From the NCBI GenBank assembly GCA_964348675.1, contig CAYGDF010000002.1, positions 1 to 45,626 of the forward strand: a stretch of DNA of 45,626 nucleotides, written 5' to 3'. Below are positions 17,716 through 28,840 of the stretch, in pieces. This DNA is from an uncultured Candidatus Saccharibacteria bacterium. GTDB lineage: Bacteria > Patescibacteriota > Minisyncoccia > Phycocordibacterales > UBA5272. Numbering within the stretch: the first letter of the stretch is position 1; each line of letters opens with the position of its first letter. The notes under the pieces were generated by a model. That model searched no databases. It was not told the DNA's origin and saw only the letters and a list, made by a program, of their open reading frames with translations. A program made the position numbers and the translations under genes.

Positions 17716-20421
17716 TTACTTCTTCTTAGCCATCCCCATATGATTACCTATAGGACTTACAATTTTCTTTGGCTTCTTGGCTTCCACCATAATCTCCCCT
17801 TTCTTATCTAGCGTAACTGACGCAATTCCACCCTTCATGAATTTTTTAGTAAGCATCAGTTGTGCTACTTTGTTTAGCACAACAGTTTGAATATATCTCT
17901 TTACAGGCCGCGCTCCGAAATGTGGGTCGTATGATTTCTCCGCTATGTGGTCAATCACGTCATCCGACATTTCAAGATTAATTTCTTTTGCGATTAATCT
18001 CTTAGCAACTTCAGCCACTTGGAGTTTCACAATTTTCTTAACTTCTTCTTTTGTTAGAACGTCAAAGATAATTGTGTCGTCAAGTCGGTTCAAGAATTCT
18101 GGTTTGAAATAATCTTTAAGTGCTTCACGGACACGTTCCTTAACCTGTGTGTATTCAGTTCCAGTTTCATTATTTCCGAAACCAATCTGTTCCATCTTCT
18201 GAATGTACTGACTGCCGACGTTTGAAGTCATGATAATCACGGTGTTCTTGAAGTTAACAACACGTCCTTTGTTATCAGTTAATCTTCCCTCATCAAGCAC
18301 CTGAAGTAAAATGTTAAACACTTCTGGGTGTGCCTTTTCAATTTCATCAAACAAAATTACAGAGTACGGACGATGGCGAACACTTTCTGTAAGTTGCCCC
18401 GCTTCGTCATATCCGACATATCCCGGAGGCGAACCAATCAACTTTGAAGTCGAATGCTTTTCCATGTATTCACTCATATCTACTTTGATGAGTGCTTTCT
18501 CATCATTAAACATAAACTCGGCGAGCGCTTTTGTAAGTTCTGTTTTCCCAACCCCTGTTGGACCTAAGAACATAAATGAACCTAATGGGCGTTCTGGGTC
18601 ATTAATGCCTGCGCGTGAACGACGAACTGCGTCTGAAACCTTTCCGATTGCCTCTCGCTGGCCAATTACACGCTTTCCAAGTTCTTCTTCCATACGTGAA
18701 AGCTTCTCTTCTTCCTCTTCCAGCATTCTAACAACTGGGATTCCAGTCCAACGCGCTACAACAGATGCTATATCCTCTTCTGTAATTTCTTCACGTAGAA
18801 TTCTGCGACTCTTTTGTGTTTTCTTTAATTTCTCCATTCTCTCATTTAATTCGCGTGTGAGTTCTGGAATCTGACCATATCTAATCTCTGCCACACGGGT
18901 TAAGTCTGCACGCATCTCTGCATTTTCTCCTTCAACACGAAGTGCTTCTAAAGATTTCTTTAATTCTCCGATTTCGCCCAAAATCTTCTTTTCATTTCCC
19001 CACTTTAGTTCAAGTTCTCGAGTTTTTTCTTTTACATTCGCAATTTCTTCTTCAATTGCATTAATTCGCTTTTTTGTTTTATGACCACCTTCATCGTCAC
19101 CCTGCTCCGCAACCAGCTCTTTAGTGAGCGCCTCCTTTTCAATTTCCAAACGCATTATTTTGCGATGCGCTTCTTCAAGCACTGGAGGTTTATTCTCAAG
19201 TGCTATACGAAGTGAACTCGCGGCTTCATCCACAAGGTCAATCGCCTTGTCTGGCAAAAAGCGAGAAGTAATGTAACGAGTCGAGAGATTTACCGCAGCC
19301 ACAAGCGCGTCATCTGTAATTCTAACTCCATGAAACAGTTCATATTTTTCTTTCAGTCCGCGCAAAATAGCGAGAGCATCTTCCTCGGAAGGTTCTTCAA
19401 TAAATACCGGTTGAAAACGACGAGCGAGCGCTGGATCTTTTTCAATATGCTTTTGATACTCCTTTAAAGTAGTTGCACCGATGGCGCGAAGTTCGCCACG
19501 AGAAAGTGCTGGCTTAAGCAAGTTAGCAGCGTCTGCTGAACCTTCGGCTTGTCCTGCTCCCACAATTGTGTGAATCTCATCGATAAATAGAATGATGCCA
19601 CCCTCTGAACGTTCGATTTCCTTCATGATGGCTTTTAGGCGCTCTTCGAATTCTCCACGGAACTTTGTTCCTGCGATAAGCATTCCTAAGTCAAGCGACA
19701 CAAGTTCTTTATTTTTTAAACTCTCTGGAACGTCACCCTTTGCCATACGAATCGCCAGCCCCTCAACAACGGCAGTTTTACCAGTTCCTGCTTCTCCGAT
19801 TAATATAGGGTTGTTTTTGGTACGACGAGAAAGAATCTGCATTAAGCGCATGATCTCAGTGTCGCGTCCTATTACTGGGTCGAGTTTATCCGCGCGCGCC
19901 ATGTCTGTGAAGTTACGCGTGTATTTTGCGAGGGCTTTATTTTTCTTTGGACTCTGTGCTTCTGTTACATTATTTGCACGAAGTTCTTCTAATATATGAT
20001 AAGCAGAATCTCTATCGATTCTAAATCGCGCTAAAATTTCGCGAACTTGTCCCGTTGATTCAAGTAATGCTAAGAAAAGATGCTCCGTTGAAACGAATTC
20101 ATCTGAAAGGGATTGAGCAACTTTAAGAGAACCTTCAAGAGTAGCAGCAAGTTCTGGTGTTAAATACATTTGGTACGACGGGCTCATTGTTGATGAACCT
20201 CCTGGGACTTCGATGGCGTCCACAATGGTGTCCGTTAGATGAATCACGTCGATATCCAATTTTTCTAAAATGGCGTGCACCAAAGATTCCTCTTGTACCA
20301 AAATCGCACCGAGAAGGTGTAGCGGACTCACTTGATTCTGACCGCGTTCAATGGCGAGTTCATGTGCTCTACGAATTACTTCCTTGGCTTTAGTTGTGAA
20401 ATTATTAAATGATGGGGGCAT
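17716..20421 (-). CDS. clpB: ATP-dependent chaperone ClpB.
   Basis: Clp N-domain, two AAA+ modules ([18 protein letters not shown]) and a long coiled-coil middle domain. Confidence 0.95.
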   Translation of the reverse strand: MPPSFNNFTTKAKEVIRRAHELAIERGQNQVSPLHLLGAILVQEESLVHAILEKLDIDVIHLTDTIVDAIEVPGGSSTMSPSYQMYLTPELAATLEGSLKVAQSLSDEFVSTEHLFLALLESTGQVREILARFRIDRDSAYHILEELRANNVTEAQSPKKNKALAKYTRNFTDMARADKLDPVIGRDTEIMRLMQILSRRTKNNPILIGEAGTGKTAVVEGLAIRMAKGDVPESLKNKELVSLDLGMLIAGTKFRGEFEERLKAIMKEIERSEGGIILFIDEIHTIVGAGQAEGSADAANLLKPALSRGELRAIGATTLKEYQKHIEKDPALARRFQPVFIEEPSEEDALAILRGLKEKYELFHGVRITDDALVAAVNLSTRYITSRFLPDKAIDLVDEAASSLRIALENKPPVLEEAHRKIMRLEIEKEALTKELVAEQGDDEGGHKTKKRINAIEEEIANVKEKTRELELKWGNEKKILGEIGELKKSLEALRVEGENAEMRADLTRVAEIRYGQIPELTRELNERMEKLKKTQKSRRILREEITEEDIASVVARWTGIPVVRMLEEEEEKLSRMEEELGKRVIGQREAIGKVSDAVRRSRAGINDPERPLGSFMFLGPTGVGKTELTKALAEFMFNDEKALIKVDMSEYMEKHSTSKLIGSPPGYVGYDEAGQLTESVRHRPYSVILFDEIEKAHPEVFNILLQVLDEGRLTDNKGRVVNFKNTVIIMTSNVGSQYIQKMEQIGFGNNETGTEYTQVKERVREALKDYFKPEFLNRLDDTIIFDVLTKEEVKKIVKLQVAEVAKRLIAKEINLEMSDDVIDHIAEKSYDPHFGARPVKRYIQTVVLNKVAQLMLTKKFMKGGIASVTLDKKGEIMVEAKKPKKIVSPIGNHMGMAKKK

Positions 20422-20699
20422 AGAGATTTTAGATGTTAGACGTTAAATTTTTTAAATAAAAGACTAACAAAATTCAAATTCATAATTCAATTCTGGAATA
20501 CTTACTATTACTGACGTGCGGGAAATTTATTTCTTTCACTTATTAAGTGTATCAGTCATGTATATGCGTTCGTGGTGGATAATCGGTCTTTACGGTATCT
20601 ATTATTTCTAACAAATGTGGGGAGAAAGTCAAACGAAAATTAAATACCCCAACGCTGAGCATTGAGGTATTTAATTTTCTCTTTATTTATTTAGAGTTT

Positions 20700-22157
20700 T
20701 TACTGCATGTCGAAGAATGAATCCATGTAGTGAACGGCAGTTCCGCCATACTGAGAGTAACTACCAAAAGCAGTGTTTATAGTGTCTAATGCACTAAATA
20801 GAGCCGCCTTTGTAGAACCAAAATATGTCACGTATGCTGGATCCACGTTTCCTGTCTCTTGAGAGACAATCACTTCTGTGTGGAAACCATTTGAGGCTTC
20901 TTTAATTTCGGTTTCAGAAATGGCACGAGTACCATTTGTACCTTCGAAGAAATCTCTATACGACATTATGAGAATCTTACTTCCTTGTTTCTTTTCTAAG
21001 ATTGTTAGAAGATGGTTGTAAGTAAAATTTGAAACACCGTTATAAGTAATTTTTGGTGTCCAAGCATTTACATCATCGTAGAAATGCGGAATAACAATTG
21101 AGAACACAACATCAAACCCCGCGAATCGTGCAACGGATTGGTCAATGAACGTCACGAAGTCGGTAAGTACTGGGCCCTTATTGGTTTCGTATTCAGGCAA
21201 GAGATACGGTTCTACGTCGTACTGGAATCCGCGAAGTTTAGCGTTAGGGTAAAGAGAGTTGTATTCCTTTACCGCATCAATAAGTGCGAAGCCTTTCCAT
21301 CTATTAGCACTTTGTGCCCAGTCTCTCCATCCACCTTCGGCATCAACTGCAATTCCTAAAGAGTTGGCTTTCGTAACTACTTTAGAAAGATTGGCGAAGT
21401 AGGTTGCCTTGGCAGAATTTTTTGCTGTTCCATCTGGCATACTTGCTATATCAATGTAATCGTCGATTGTGATATAAACCGCATTGAAACCATAACTAGA
21501 GAGCGTTTGTAATTGCTGAAAGCCAGTTGTTGTATTCATTTGAGATGGAAAATTCCAAATCCAGATTCCTTTTTCCTTCACGCCAACTGGGACTGGACTA
21601 ATAACTACAGTTGTGGAAGTAGAAGTTGTTGATGTAGAAACTATCGGGATAACTGGTGCTGGCGCAATTGGTGTACTTGATGCGGTTCCGCCAGTTGACT
21701 CCACTACAGGGATTATCGAAGCAACACATGAATCCTGCGCGGAAGTAGCCGACGCACATGCTTCTGTTATTAATTCTGTATCTGCTCCAGAAGAAATTTG
21801 GCGGGTTGTTACTTTAATTGTGTTTCTTTTATTCGCACCAAGGTTTCCAACATAGAAATAATAATTCGATGCTGTTGGGACTGGAGCGGAAGAAACGAAA
21901 CTTTCATTTGCTCCGTAAAAAACAGAATAAGATGTGTTTCGACATGTCGTTCGTCCGTTATTTTTAACTGTGAACGTGCGAGTAATTGAGTCTCCGTTTG
22001 TAATAGAAGTTTTATCTGATGTAACCGAAAGTGAAAGTTTACATGGAGTCGCAGCAGAAACTTTTGTGGTTGTTAAAAACACTGATAAAAGAATTAATAA
22101 AGTTAAATTGGTAAAAAGAAAAAACGGTGATTTAGATTTTGTTATTTTTTTGTACAT
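20700..22157 (-). CDS. Secreted protein with an N-terminal Ig-like/CARDB-like module, a Ser/Thr-rich linker and a C-terminal TIM-barrel glycoside-hydrolase-like domain.
   Basis: Signal/TM segment 'FFLFTNLTLLILLSVFLTTTKVSA', 'TFTVKNNGRTTC', a poly-S/T linker and 'GIWIWNF...YGFNAVYITIDDY'. The functional call is tentative. Confidence 0.55.
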   Translation of the reverse strand: MYKKITKSKSPFFLFTNLTLLILLSVFLTTTKVSAATPCKLSLSVTSDKTSITNGDSITRTFTVKNNGRTTCRNTSYSVFYGANESFVSSAPVPTASNYYFYVGNLGANKRNTIKVTTRQISSGADTELITEACASATSAQDSCVASIIPVVESTGGTASSTPIAPAPVIPIVSTSTTSTSTTVVISPVPVGVKEKGIWIWNFPSQMNTTTGFQQLQTLSSYGFNAVYITIDDYIDIASMPDGTAKNSAKATYFANLSKVVTKANSLGIAVDAEGGWRDWAQSANRWKGFALIDAVKEYNSLYPNAKLRGFQYDVEPYLLPEYETNKGPVLTDFVTFIDQSVARFAGFDVVFSIVIPHFYDDVNAWTPKITYNGVSNFTYNHLLTILEKKQGSKILIMSYRDFFEGTNGTRAISETEIKEASNGFHTEVIVSQETGNVDPAYVTYFGSTKAALFSALDTINTAFGSYSQYGGTAVHYMDSFFDMQ

Positions 22158-22440
22158 ACGTTCCGCACCTATCTCGGAACGTCGTGTCTTCACGAGAAAA
22201 TAGTGTCAGTGAGATTGTAGCCGTCACACACTTCAAAGTCAATGAAGAATTTTCCCCTTATTCGATAGTATTTTTTTGAACGTAACACCTAAAAAAACGT
22301 TACAGAAATCAACTTTTAAAAAAAATGAATTGATTCTCTTTATTTTTCAAATGTTTTTCTAAGAAAGTGTGGAAAATAAAAAAATAATTTCAGTGAAAAA
22401 TTATTTTTTATTTGTTTTTTAATTTTATTTTCAGAAAAAA

Positions 22441-23004
22441 TTACAATCTCTCCTCTACTGCGTGCCAATCAATACACTTAACGAATGCATTAATATAATC
22501 TGCTTTCTTTATTCCATAGTCAGTCATATATGCATGTTCCCAGCAGTCCATCACAAGAAGCACTTTGCAATTAACTGGAAGCCCCTGCTCGTGTTCACGT
22601 ATCCATGTCGTGAATAATTCTCCATTTGTCGGATCTTCAAACAAAACAACCCACCCAATGCCACGCATCATTCCTTTTTGTTTGAAGCATTCAAGCCACT
22701 TATCGTAACTTCCATAACTGTGTACGATTTTTTCTTTAAGCCTCCTGTCGCTTAGTTGGACTCCTCCCTTAATCATGTTTCCGAAATATAATTCATGCAT
22801 TCTCATACCATCAAACTCCCAACCGAAGCGACGTTCGAGTTCACTTGCTTCTACAGTAGACTGGTCTTCGAGTGCCATCAATTTCTCCAGCAGTGTATTT
22901 ACGTTCTTCACATACCCTTGATAAAGGGTGAAGTGGTTATTCAGCATTACATCTGAAAAACCTTCTGTTCCTAACAAATGCGAAAAATCTTTAGGTGTGT
23001 ACAT
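22441..23004 (-). CDS. Fe/Mn-family superoxide dismutase-like protein.
   Basis: C-terminal 'DCWEHAYMTDYG...YINAF...IDWHAVEERL' matches the SOD D-x-WEHAYY motif. The N-terminal domain is divergent. Confidence 0.75.
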   Translation of the reverse strand: MYTPKDFSHLLGTEGFSDVMLNNHFTLYQGYVKNVNTLLEKLMALEDQSTVEASELERRFGWEFDGMRMHELYFGNMIKGGVQLSDRRLKEKIVHSYGSYDKWLECFKQKGMMRGIGWVVLFEDPTNGELFTTWIREHEQGLPVNCKVLLVMDCWEHAYMTDYGIKKADYINAFVKCIDWHAVEERL

Positions 23005-23064
23005 AGTTAAAAATATTATTTGATAAATATAAGTGTATTACAATAAATGACGTGTAGCCAGCGG

Positions 23065-24261
23065 TTATCTTGCAAATTTTTCTTTAATTTCTTTGATTGC
23101 GATAATGAGTTTTTCTAAATCCGGTTTAGTGGTGTTTCTACCTAAAGTTATACGTACGTTCTCAAGCGACTCATTTACTGTAGCACCTAATGCTTGCACT
23201 ACATAACTTCCACCAGTTTCAGCGGATGCACAAGCGGACTTATGTGACACTGCGAAACCCTTTGCATCTAACCGCAAAATCATCTCATCTGATGGAATAT
23301 TTGGAACACGGATATTTATATTATTGGGAAGTCTTTCTTTCCTGTCACCATAAATTGTTACATCAGGAATTTCTTTTGAAATTTTATCAAAGAAAAAATC
23401 ACGAAGTTCAATTAGTCTGGCAGATTCTTTTTCTTTTATTTCTTGCGCTTCGATAAGTGCCTCTGCAAAACTTCTCGCAAGAGCAACCGATTCTGTGCCA
23501 CTACGGAGTCCACGCTCTTGTCCTCCTCCATAATTTATTTCATGCAATTTAATTCCTTCACGTTTGTATAAAAGTGCGATTCCTTTTGGACCATAAACTT
23601 TACTGCTGTTTACAGTCATTAAATGCGCACGAAGTCGAACCGCATCTAGGTTGCAATAATTCGCTGTTTGACACGCATCAGTATGAAAGTATGGGTAATC
23701 AGTGTGAATGCGATTATTTTCTTTTTTCCATTCTTCGATTGCTCGACCGATTTCTTTGACGGGTTGAATAGTTCCGATTTCGTTGTTCGCATACATTACA
23801 GAAACCAAAATCGTGTCTTCACTTAACGCTTCGCGAATATCATTTAATTTAACAATTCCACTTTCACCAACTGGTAAATAAGTCACACGGATTTTGCCTG
23901 CTTTTTCTAAATGACGAATTGGCTCTAAAACTGCCGGGTGTTCGATTGAAGATGTAATGATATGCGGTTTAGAAATTTTATCTACTCCGAAATAAGTTCC
24001 TAAGATTGCCAAGTTACAACTCTCTGTTCCAGACGAAGTGAAATATATTTCGTATGAGTGGGCGTTTAAAATTTTTGCACACATATTGCGAGATTCTTGA
24101 AGTAGTTTCGAAGCCGAACTTCCTTCAGCATGAATCGCGGACGGGTTTCCATAAATTTCTAGAGCGTCTGTAAGCGCGCGCTTCGCGCGCGCCGAAACTG
24201 CAGTCGCCCCAGCGTTATCTAAATAAACTCTTTGATTTTTGCTTTTAAGAAAAGAAAACAT
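23065..24261 (-). CDS. Cysteine desulfurase (class V aminotransferase, NifS/IscS-like).
   Basis: 'SSIEHPAVL', 'NSSKVYGPKGIALLY' (PLP lysine region) and 'HKSACAS' (catalytic Cys region). Confidence 0.85.
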   Translation of the reverse strand: MFSFLKSKNQRVYLDNAGATAVSARAKRALTDALEIYGNPSAIHAEGSSASKLLQESRNMCAKILNAHSYEIYFTSSGTESCNLAILGTYFGVDKISKPHIITSSIEHPAVLEPIRHLEKAGKIRVTYLPVGESGIVKLNDIREALSEDTILVSVMYANNEIGTIQPVKEIGRAIEEWKKENNRIHTDYPYFHTDACQTANYCNLDAVRLRAHLMTVNSSKVYGPKGIALLYKREGIKLHEINYGGGQERGLRSGTESVALARSFAEALIEAQEIKEKESARLIELRDFFFDKISKEIPDVTIYGDRKERLPNNINIRVPNIPSDEMILRLDAKGFAVSHKSACASAETGGSYVVQALGATVNESLENVRITLGRNTTKPDLEKLIIAIKEIKEKFAR

Positions 24262-24285
24262 ATTAATAATTGTACTCTAACATAA

Positions 24286-24333
24286 AAATTAAAAAGCGCC
24301 TGCGATAGCGGTTCGGATGAACATATCGCAGGC
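24286..24333 (-). terminator. Rho-independent terminator of the cassette-3 secreted-protein gene.
   Basis: Minus strand reads gcctgcgat-loop-atcgcaggc followed by gctttttaattttt. Confidence 0.7.
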
Positions 24334-24368
24334 ACTCTTGCGGACTTGGGGGCCGCACCCGAAGTGGG

Positions 24369-24923
24369 TCAGGCCGAGGCGTCGGGCCGTTCGACGCTGG
24401 CGATGACCACGCCACGGCGGTGAGCCATGTCAGCGCCGTACTGCTGGCCCGTGCCGCGGACCTTGTCGCTGGAGCCGTTCGTGGCGTTCACCCAGAGCGA
24501 CTTCTTCGACGGCGGAGCCAGGTCGACTGTCTTCATCTTGGTGAGGCCGCCCACCGCGCCGTCGCGCTTCACGTCCATCAGGTACACCGCGCCGACGTCT
24601 TCGGTCGTGATGAAAAAGGCCTTCTGGATGTCGCTCTTGTCGACGCCGGTGCGCTTCAGCCCCGTGTAGTGCTTGGTGGCGCCGGCGCAACTTGCGCAGG
24701 TGCAGCCAGCGGTGCAGGCCGAGGCATACTTCGAGGTCTTCTTGGTCGCGGCCAGGGCCTGGGCAGTCGACGATTCGGCGTTGGTCAGCGTGATGGCCGG
24801 CGTTCGCGTCTCGTGCAGGCCCAGGGCGATGGTGGTGTTGTCAGCCGCAATCGCCGTGGCGACGCCGGACAGCAGTGCGCAAGCCAGCAGGGCGCTGGAT
24901 TTTCTCAGGGTTCCGAGTTTCAT
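24369..24923 (-). CDS. Hypothetical secreted Cys-rich protein on GC-rich cassette 3.
   Basis: RBS ggaga 6 nt upstream of the ATG, signal peptide 'MKLGTLRKSSALLACALLSGVATAIA', a 'CTAGCTCASCAG' motif and high third-position GC. Confidence 0.65.
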   Translation of the reverse strand: MKLGTLRKSSALLACALLSGVATAIAADNTTIALGLHETRTPAITLTNAESSTAQALAATKKTSKYASACTAGCTCASCAGATKHYTGLKRTGVDKSDIQKAFFITTEDVGAVYLMDVKRDGAVGGLTKMKTVDLAPPSKKSLWVNATNGSSDKVRGTGQQYGADMAHRRGVVIASVERPDASA

Positions 24924-25489
24924 GGATATTCTCCAATTACTAACGGTTGGTTTTTTGAAGCAAAAGAACTTTCGTGCAAGCACGATTATCCTCGTACTCC
25001 GCGATGTGCGGGTTTGTCCCCTCACACTTTAAGCCTAGCATTTTAACAATATATAAAACAAGGTTATGCACAGAAATAATTTTTATATAAAAATATCAGC
25101 CAGAGGCTGATTAACCTCTGGCTGAAAAAACAAAGGCCCCACGGTGTGGGGCCTTGGCTGTGATCACTCTTTGGGGGCGAGGTTTAAAATGCTCGCGCCG
25201 TCAGAAGCACAGCAGAAACAAATGGAGATGACTTGAACCACATTCATACCTTGCGGACACTTTTCTGCAATCCATTAAGTTCTGAATGTAAGTGCTATCG
25301 GACCATTTTTTTCTAAAAGAACACCTAATGATTGGCATCTGAATAATTTCGTCGTATGGGCCGAAGGCCAGCAACGAAAGTTCAGATTATTAGGTTTGAC
25401 TCCGCGGCGAAGCCTCGCCGATTGGCCGGCGGCACTCGGGCCGGCGACTAATTAGCAGAAGGTTTCACCGCGTCGCCGTTCAGGTCGGT

Positions 25490-25915
25490 TCAGGCCGCCG
25501 TGGCGTGCTGGCCGGCGCCGGTGCCCTTGGAGGAAACGAAATAAGGCATCCCGGCCGGCGGCACGTTGATGTGGCGGTTCAGGTCACTGGCTTGCGGGTG
25601 TTCCCCGCCGCCGCCCGAACTGCCGCCCATGCACTGGCCGAAGGCGAATTCGCGCGTCGCGCGCTGCTGGTCACCCTTGCGCTGGCGGCCGCGTTCCTTG
25701 GCCAGGCCATGCTTGGTGCCGGCGGTGTCGTCGCCCTTGTCGTTCGCGGTATAGGCAATCCCACTCGTGCTGACGGCGGTCGGGCGGTCGCTGGAATGGC
25801 GGCCGTGGCCGGCGCGGTGGCGACGCGAGTTGCTGGCGGTCATCGCGGCGGGCGAACGGTGCTTGCCGGAACGGGTGGCGGGTTTTTTCGTCTCACTGGT
25901 CTTCGTTTTGGCCAT
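25490..25915 (-). CDS. Hypothetical highly basic, low-complexity protein on GC-rich cassette 3.
   Basis: Perfect RBS aaggaga 5 nt upstream of the ATG. 142 aa rich in K/R/G/S/T/H. I recognise no family. Confidence 0.55.
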   Translation of the reverse strand: MAKTKTSETKKPATRSGKHRSPAAMTASNSRRHRAGHGRHSSDRPTAVSTSGIAYTANDKGDDTAGTKHGLAKERGRQRKGDQQRATREFAFGQCMGGSSGGGGEHPQASDLNRHINVPPAGMPYFVSSKGTGAGQHATAA

Positions 25916-26136
25916 GGGATTTCTCCTTGTTGTGGCTTGTTGACGTTGAACTGATGAAAGTTTAGAATCACGTCGTCGGACTTCCGCTTGCGCGGCTCCT
26001 AAACGTAAAAGAAATACTACACCCACAAACAAAACTTGTCAAGGGACAAGATGTGTGGTGTTATGAAAGTGTTAATTTAAATACATGCTAAAACTTTTCC
26101 ACAATAGAAAGTTTTAGCATGTTACACTTTCCTCAC

Positions 26137-26619
26137 ATGAATCTTTCTTATTTATTAAATCTAGTAGAAACGTTTCCAATCATCCCTCTCGGTATTGCTG
26201 TGGTAATCCTTTTAATATACGTCGTACATTTACATACAAAAATAAATCGCTTTACTCGCGGAGAAACAGGAGCGTCCCTTGAATCTTTAATTCAAAAATG
26301 TGTAGACTCAGTTTCGGAAATTGAAAAAAGAAATGAACTTATATCTAAACACGCACTACATTTAGATAACCGTGTATCTCAAGCACTTCGCAATGCTCAA
26401 ACCATTCGCTACAAAGCATTTGAAGCGGGCGGGTCAAATCAGAGTTTCTCTATTGCCTTACTTAACGAAATAGGAGATGGTGTAATCATAACCTCCCTCC
26501 ATGCTCGCGACCGCATCAGTACTTTTGCAAAACCAGTTGAAAAATATTTAAGTTCATATGATTTAACAGAAGAAGAGCAATTAGTAATTGAAGAAAGTAA
26601 AAAAGCGCACAAAAAATAA
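26137..26619 (+). CDS. DUF4446-family protein (alternative start at 26119).
   Basis: N-terminal TM segment followed by 'RYKAFEAGGSNQSFSIALLNEIGDGVIITSLHARD', typical of DUF4446. Confidence 0.75.
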   Translation: MNLSYLLNLVETFPIIPLGIAVVILLIYVVHLHTKINRFTRGETGASLESLIQKCVDSVSEIEKRNELISKHALHLDNRVSQALRNAQTIRYKAFEAGGSNQSFSIALLNEIGDGVIITSLHARDRISTFAKPVEKYLSSYDLTEEEQLVIEESKKAHKK

Positions 26620-26693
26620 TTTAGAGGTTTAAGTTTCTCCGTATTTACATATATCTTTTATTGACATTCTATGTTAGAATTGTCTTTACAATT

Positions 26694-28208
26694 ATGTCAA
26701 AAACCTCTGAAAGTAAGCCTGTTTCTCGCCAACCCGTTATAGCGGTACTTGGTCACGTCGACCATGGTAAATCTTCACTCCTTGATTTCATTCGCAAATC
26801 AAATGTAGTAGAGGGTGAAGCAGGAGGTATCACTCAGCGTATTTCTGCGTACGAAGTTACTCCAAAACTAACAAGTGGCGAAACAAAATCAATAACATTC
26901 CTAGACACCCCGGGGCATGCGGCTTTTCAGTCTATGCGCGAACGAGGGGCTGAAATCGCAGACATCGCTATCTTAATCGTCTCTGCAGAAGACGGAGTAA
27001 AGGCTCAAACTCTTGAAGCCTGGAAAACAATCGACGCCCACAAACTACCTTTCGTAGTTGCAATTAATAAAATCGACAAGCCAGGGAGCGATATTCAGAA
27101 AACAAAAAACTCTCTTGTTGAAAACGGTATTTATGTTGAAGGTTACGGAGGAGATATTCCTTGTGTGGAAATTTCTGCTAAGACTGGTCAGGGTGTGGAC
27201 TTCCTTCTGGAAACTCTTTTACTTTTGGTAGATATGAATGAACTCAAAGCGAACCTCGAAACCGAAGCCACTGGTTATGTACTTGAGAGTTTCGTGGACC
27301 AGAAGCGTGGAATATCCGCCACATTAATTCTAAAAGATGGAACACTTCCATCAAGTGGAGCAATTGTTTCCGGGACTTCCATGTCCCCTATTCGTATTAT
27401 CGAAGACTTCGCTGGACGTACGATTAAAAATCCACACGCAGGGCAACCAATCAAAGTTACTGGCTTTGATGAGATTCCTTCTGCTGGCGCAATCTTCGTA
27501 TCATCGGCGGACAAGAAAACTATGGAGGCACTGCTTTCTGAAACCAAATCAAATGCGGTGAAGGTTGTGATGGATCCACGTATTTATCGTAATGCGAAAG
27601 TCGTCGTACCTGTCGTTATAAAAGCAGATTCACTCGGGACACTGGACGCTGTAAAGATGGAACTTAAGAAACGCGAGACGGAGGATGTGAAAATAAAAAT
27701 AATCGCCGAAGGAGTAGGGACAATTTCTGAAGGAGATATCATGCTCGCTTCATCTGATGAAAAAACTGTGATCATCGGTTTCGCCGTTAAATTAGAAGCA
27801 AAGGCACGCGACCAAGCTGACCGTTTCAAAATTGAACCTCATCTTTTCGATATTATTTATAAACTATCAGAGTGGTTCGACACATTAGTTGAGAGTCGTC
27901 TTCCATTTGAAGAAAAAGAAGTTGTTCTCGGAACACTAAAAATACTTCGTAACTTTAGTTCACAAAAAGATAGACACGTAATCGGAGGTCGTGTAGAAAC
28001 TGGAAAGATTCAAAATAATACCGTTGTAAAAGTCATTCGTCGTGGTGTAGAACTTGGACGTGGAAGAATAGTTGAACTTCAATCACAAAAAATTAAAACA
28101 GATGTAGTGAACGAAGGAAATGAGTGCGGACTCATGGTGGAAAGTAAAGTTGAGATGATTCCTGGAGATGTCCTCGAGGTTATTTTGGTAGAAAAACTTC
28201 GCATTTAA
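26694..28208 (+). CDS. infB: Translation initiation factor IF-2, short form.
   Basis: 'VLGHVDHGKSSLLD' and 'LDTPGHAAF' G-domain motifs plus the C-terminal IF-2 domains. Confidence 0.95.
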   Translation: MSKTSESKPVSRQPVIAVLGHVDHGKSSLLDFIRKSNVVEGEAGGITQRISAYEVTPKLTSGETKSITFLDTPGHAAFQSMRERGAEIADIAILIVSAEDGVKAQTLEAWKTIDAHKLPFVVAINKIDKPGSDIQKTKNSLVENGIYVEGYGGDIPCVEISAKTGQGVDFLLETLLLLVDMNELKANLETEATGYVLESFVDQKRGISATLILKDGTLPSSGAIVSGTSMSPIRIIEDFAGRTIKNPHAGQPIKVTGFDEIPSAGAIFVSSADKKTMEALLSETKSNAVKVVMDPRIYRNAKVVVPVVIKADSLGTLDAVKMELKKRETEDVKIKIIAEGVGTISEGDIMLASSDEKTVIIGFAVKLEAKARDQADRFKIEPHLFDIIYKLSEWFDTLVESRLPFEEKEVVLGTLKILRNFSSQKDRHVIGGRVETGKIQNNTVVKVIRRGVELGRGRIVELQSQKIKTDVVNEGNECGLMVESKVEMIPGDVLEVILVEKLRI

Positions 28209-28227
28209 TTGTTAATATAATTATTAT

Positions 28228-28635
28228 ATGGACGCAAACAAACCACTTTCAAAAAGACAAATACAAATTTCACTCGAAGTTCAAGCAATCGCTCAGGATT
28301 TTTTCCAGCGTGAATCTTCAGGCGCGTCGCTTATCACAGTTACTCGCGCAGAGGTTTCTTCTGACATGAAGCATGGAACAGTTTTTATCACAGCACTTCC
28401 TGAAAGCAAAGAACCTGCCGCACTAGACTTTGCAAAGCGTATGCGAAGCGAACTTCGTCATTACGTCATGAAGAGACTTCCAGTAAAAGTAATTCCATTT
28501 TTTGAAGTAGAGATAGACTACGGAGAAAAGAATCGCCTACACGTAGACGAACTATTAAGAAAAGAAAAGCAATCAAATAAGGAATATCAGGAGAAACATA
28601 AAGACGTTTTAGAAAGTATGAAGGAGGAAAACTAA
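28228..28635 (+). CDS. rbfA: Ribosome-binding factor A.
   Basis: Position after infB, 'LITVTRAEVSSDMKHGTVFI', and a downstream bidirectional terminator (28636-28668). Confidence 0.85.
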   Translation: MDANKPLSKRQIQISLEVQAIAQDFFQRESSGASLITVTRAEVSSDMKHGTVFITALPESKEPAALDFAKRMRSELRHYVMKRLPVKVIPFFEVEIDYGEKNRLHVDELLRKEKQSNKEYQEKHKDVLESMKEEN

Positions 28636-28670
28636 AAAACACGAACTTGTCACAAGTTTGTGTTTTTTAG

Positions 28671-28840
28671 TTCATGTGCCCAGGGCGGGACTCGGTCACA
28701 AAACTACCTCGTCGCAAGCTCCTCGAAGTAGTTTCGCGACCCCTATTCTCGTCCCCGCAAATGACGAAGGTCATTTGCTCTCAATTGACACAGTGAATAC
28801 AAAAGAGCCAACAAAATCAGTTGGCTCTTTTGTATTCATG
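28671..28840 (-). other. Structured element A, downstream of tRNA-Leu(TAA). It ends in a 24-nt exact copy of the tRNA 3' end.
   Basis: 28671-28694 is identical to 28835-28858 (ttcatgtgcccagggcgggactcg). It has a 17-18 bp hairpin at 28795-28837 and shares conserved blocks with element B (ggtcacaaa; ttcgcgacccctattc at 28733-28748). Confidence 0.7.

Noticed and set aside
24420-25046. Long plus-strand ORFs (208, 119 and 80 aa) overlapping the cassette-3 secreted-protein gene. Similar antisense ORFs occur at 25505-25954, 31483-32040, 36556-37194, 37944-38291 and 38107-38472.
   Set aside because: These are typical shadow ORFs of high-GC sequence. They lack RBSs, run through terminators, and translate to Arg/Ala/Gly/Pro-rich low-complexity sequence. 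The opposite-strand genes have SDs, signal/TM features and correctly oriented terminators.
26661-26693. The TTG start extension of infB, and the ATG 26119 start of the DUF4446 gene inside a 14-bp-arm hairpin (26084-26121).
   Set aside because: The downstream ATGs (26694 and 26137) give N-termini matching the conserved domain or TM start. The extensions overlap promoter or hairpin sequence.
28671-28790. A hammerhead or other small self-cleaving ribozyme in the tRNA-linked elements (the GCGAAAC motif).
   Set aside because: The GAAA lies within a continuous long helix (GUCGCGAA... pairing with ...UUUGUGAC), and no CUGAUGA core is present. In element B the motif changes to GCGAAG while pairing is maintained.
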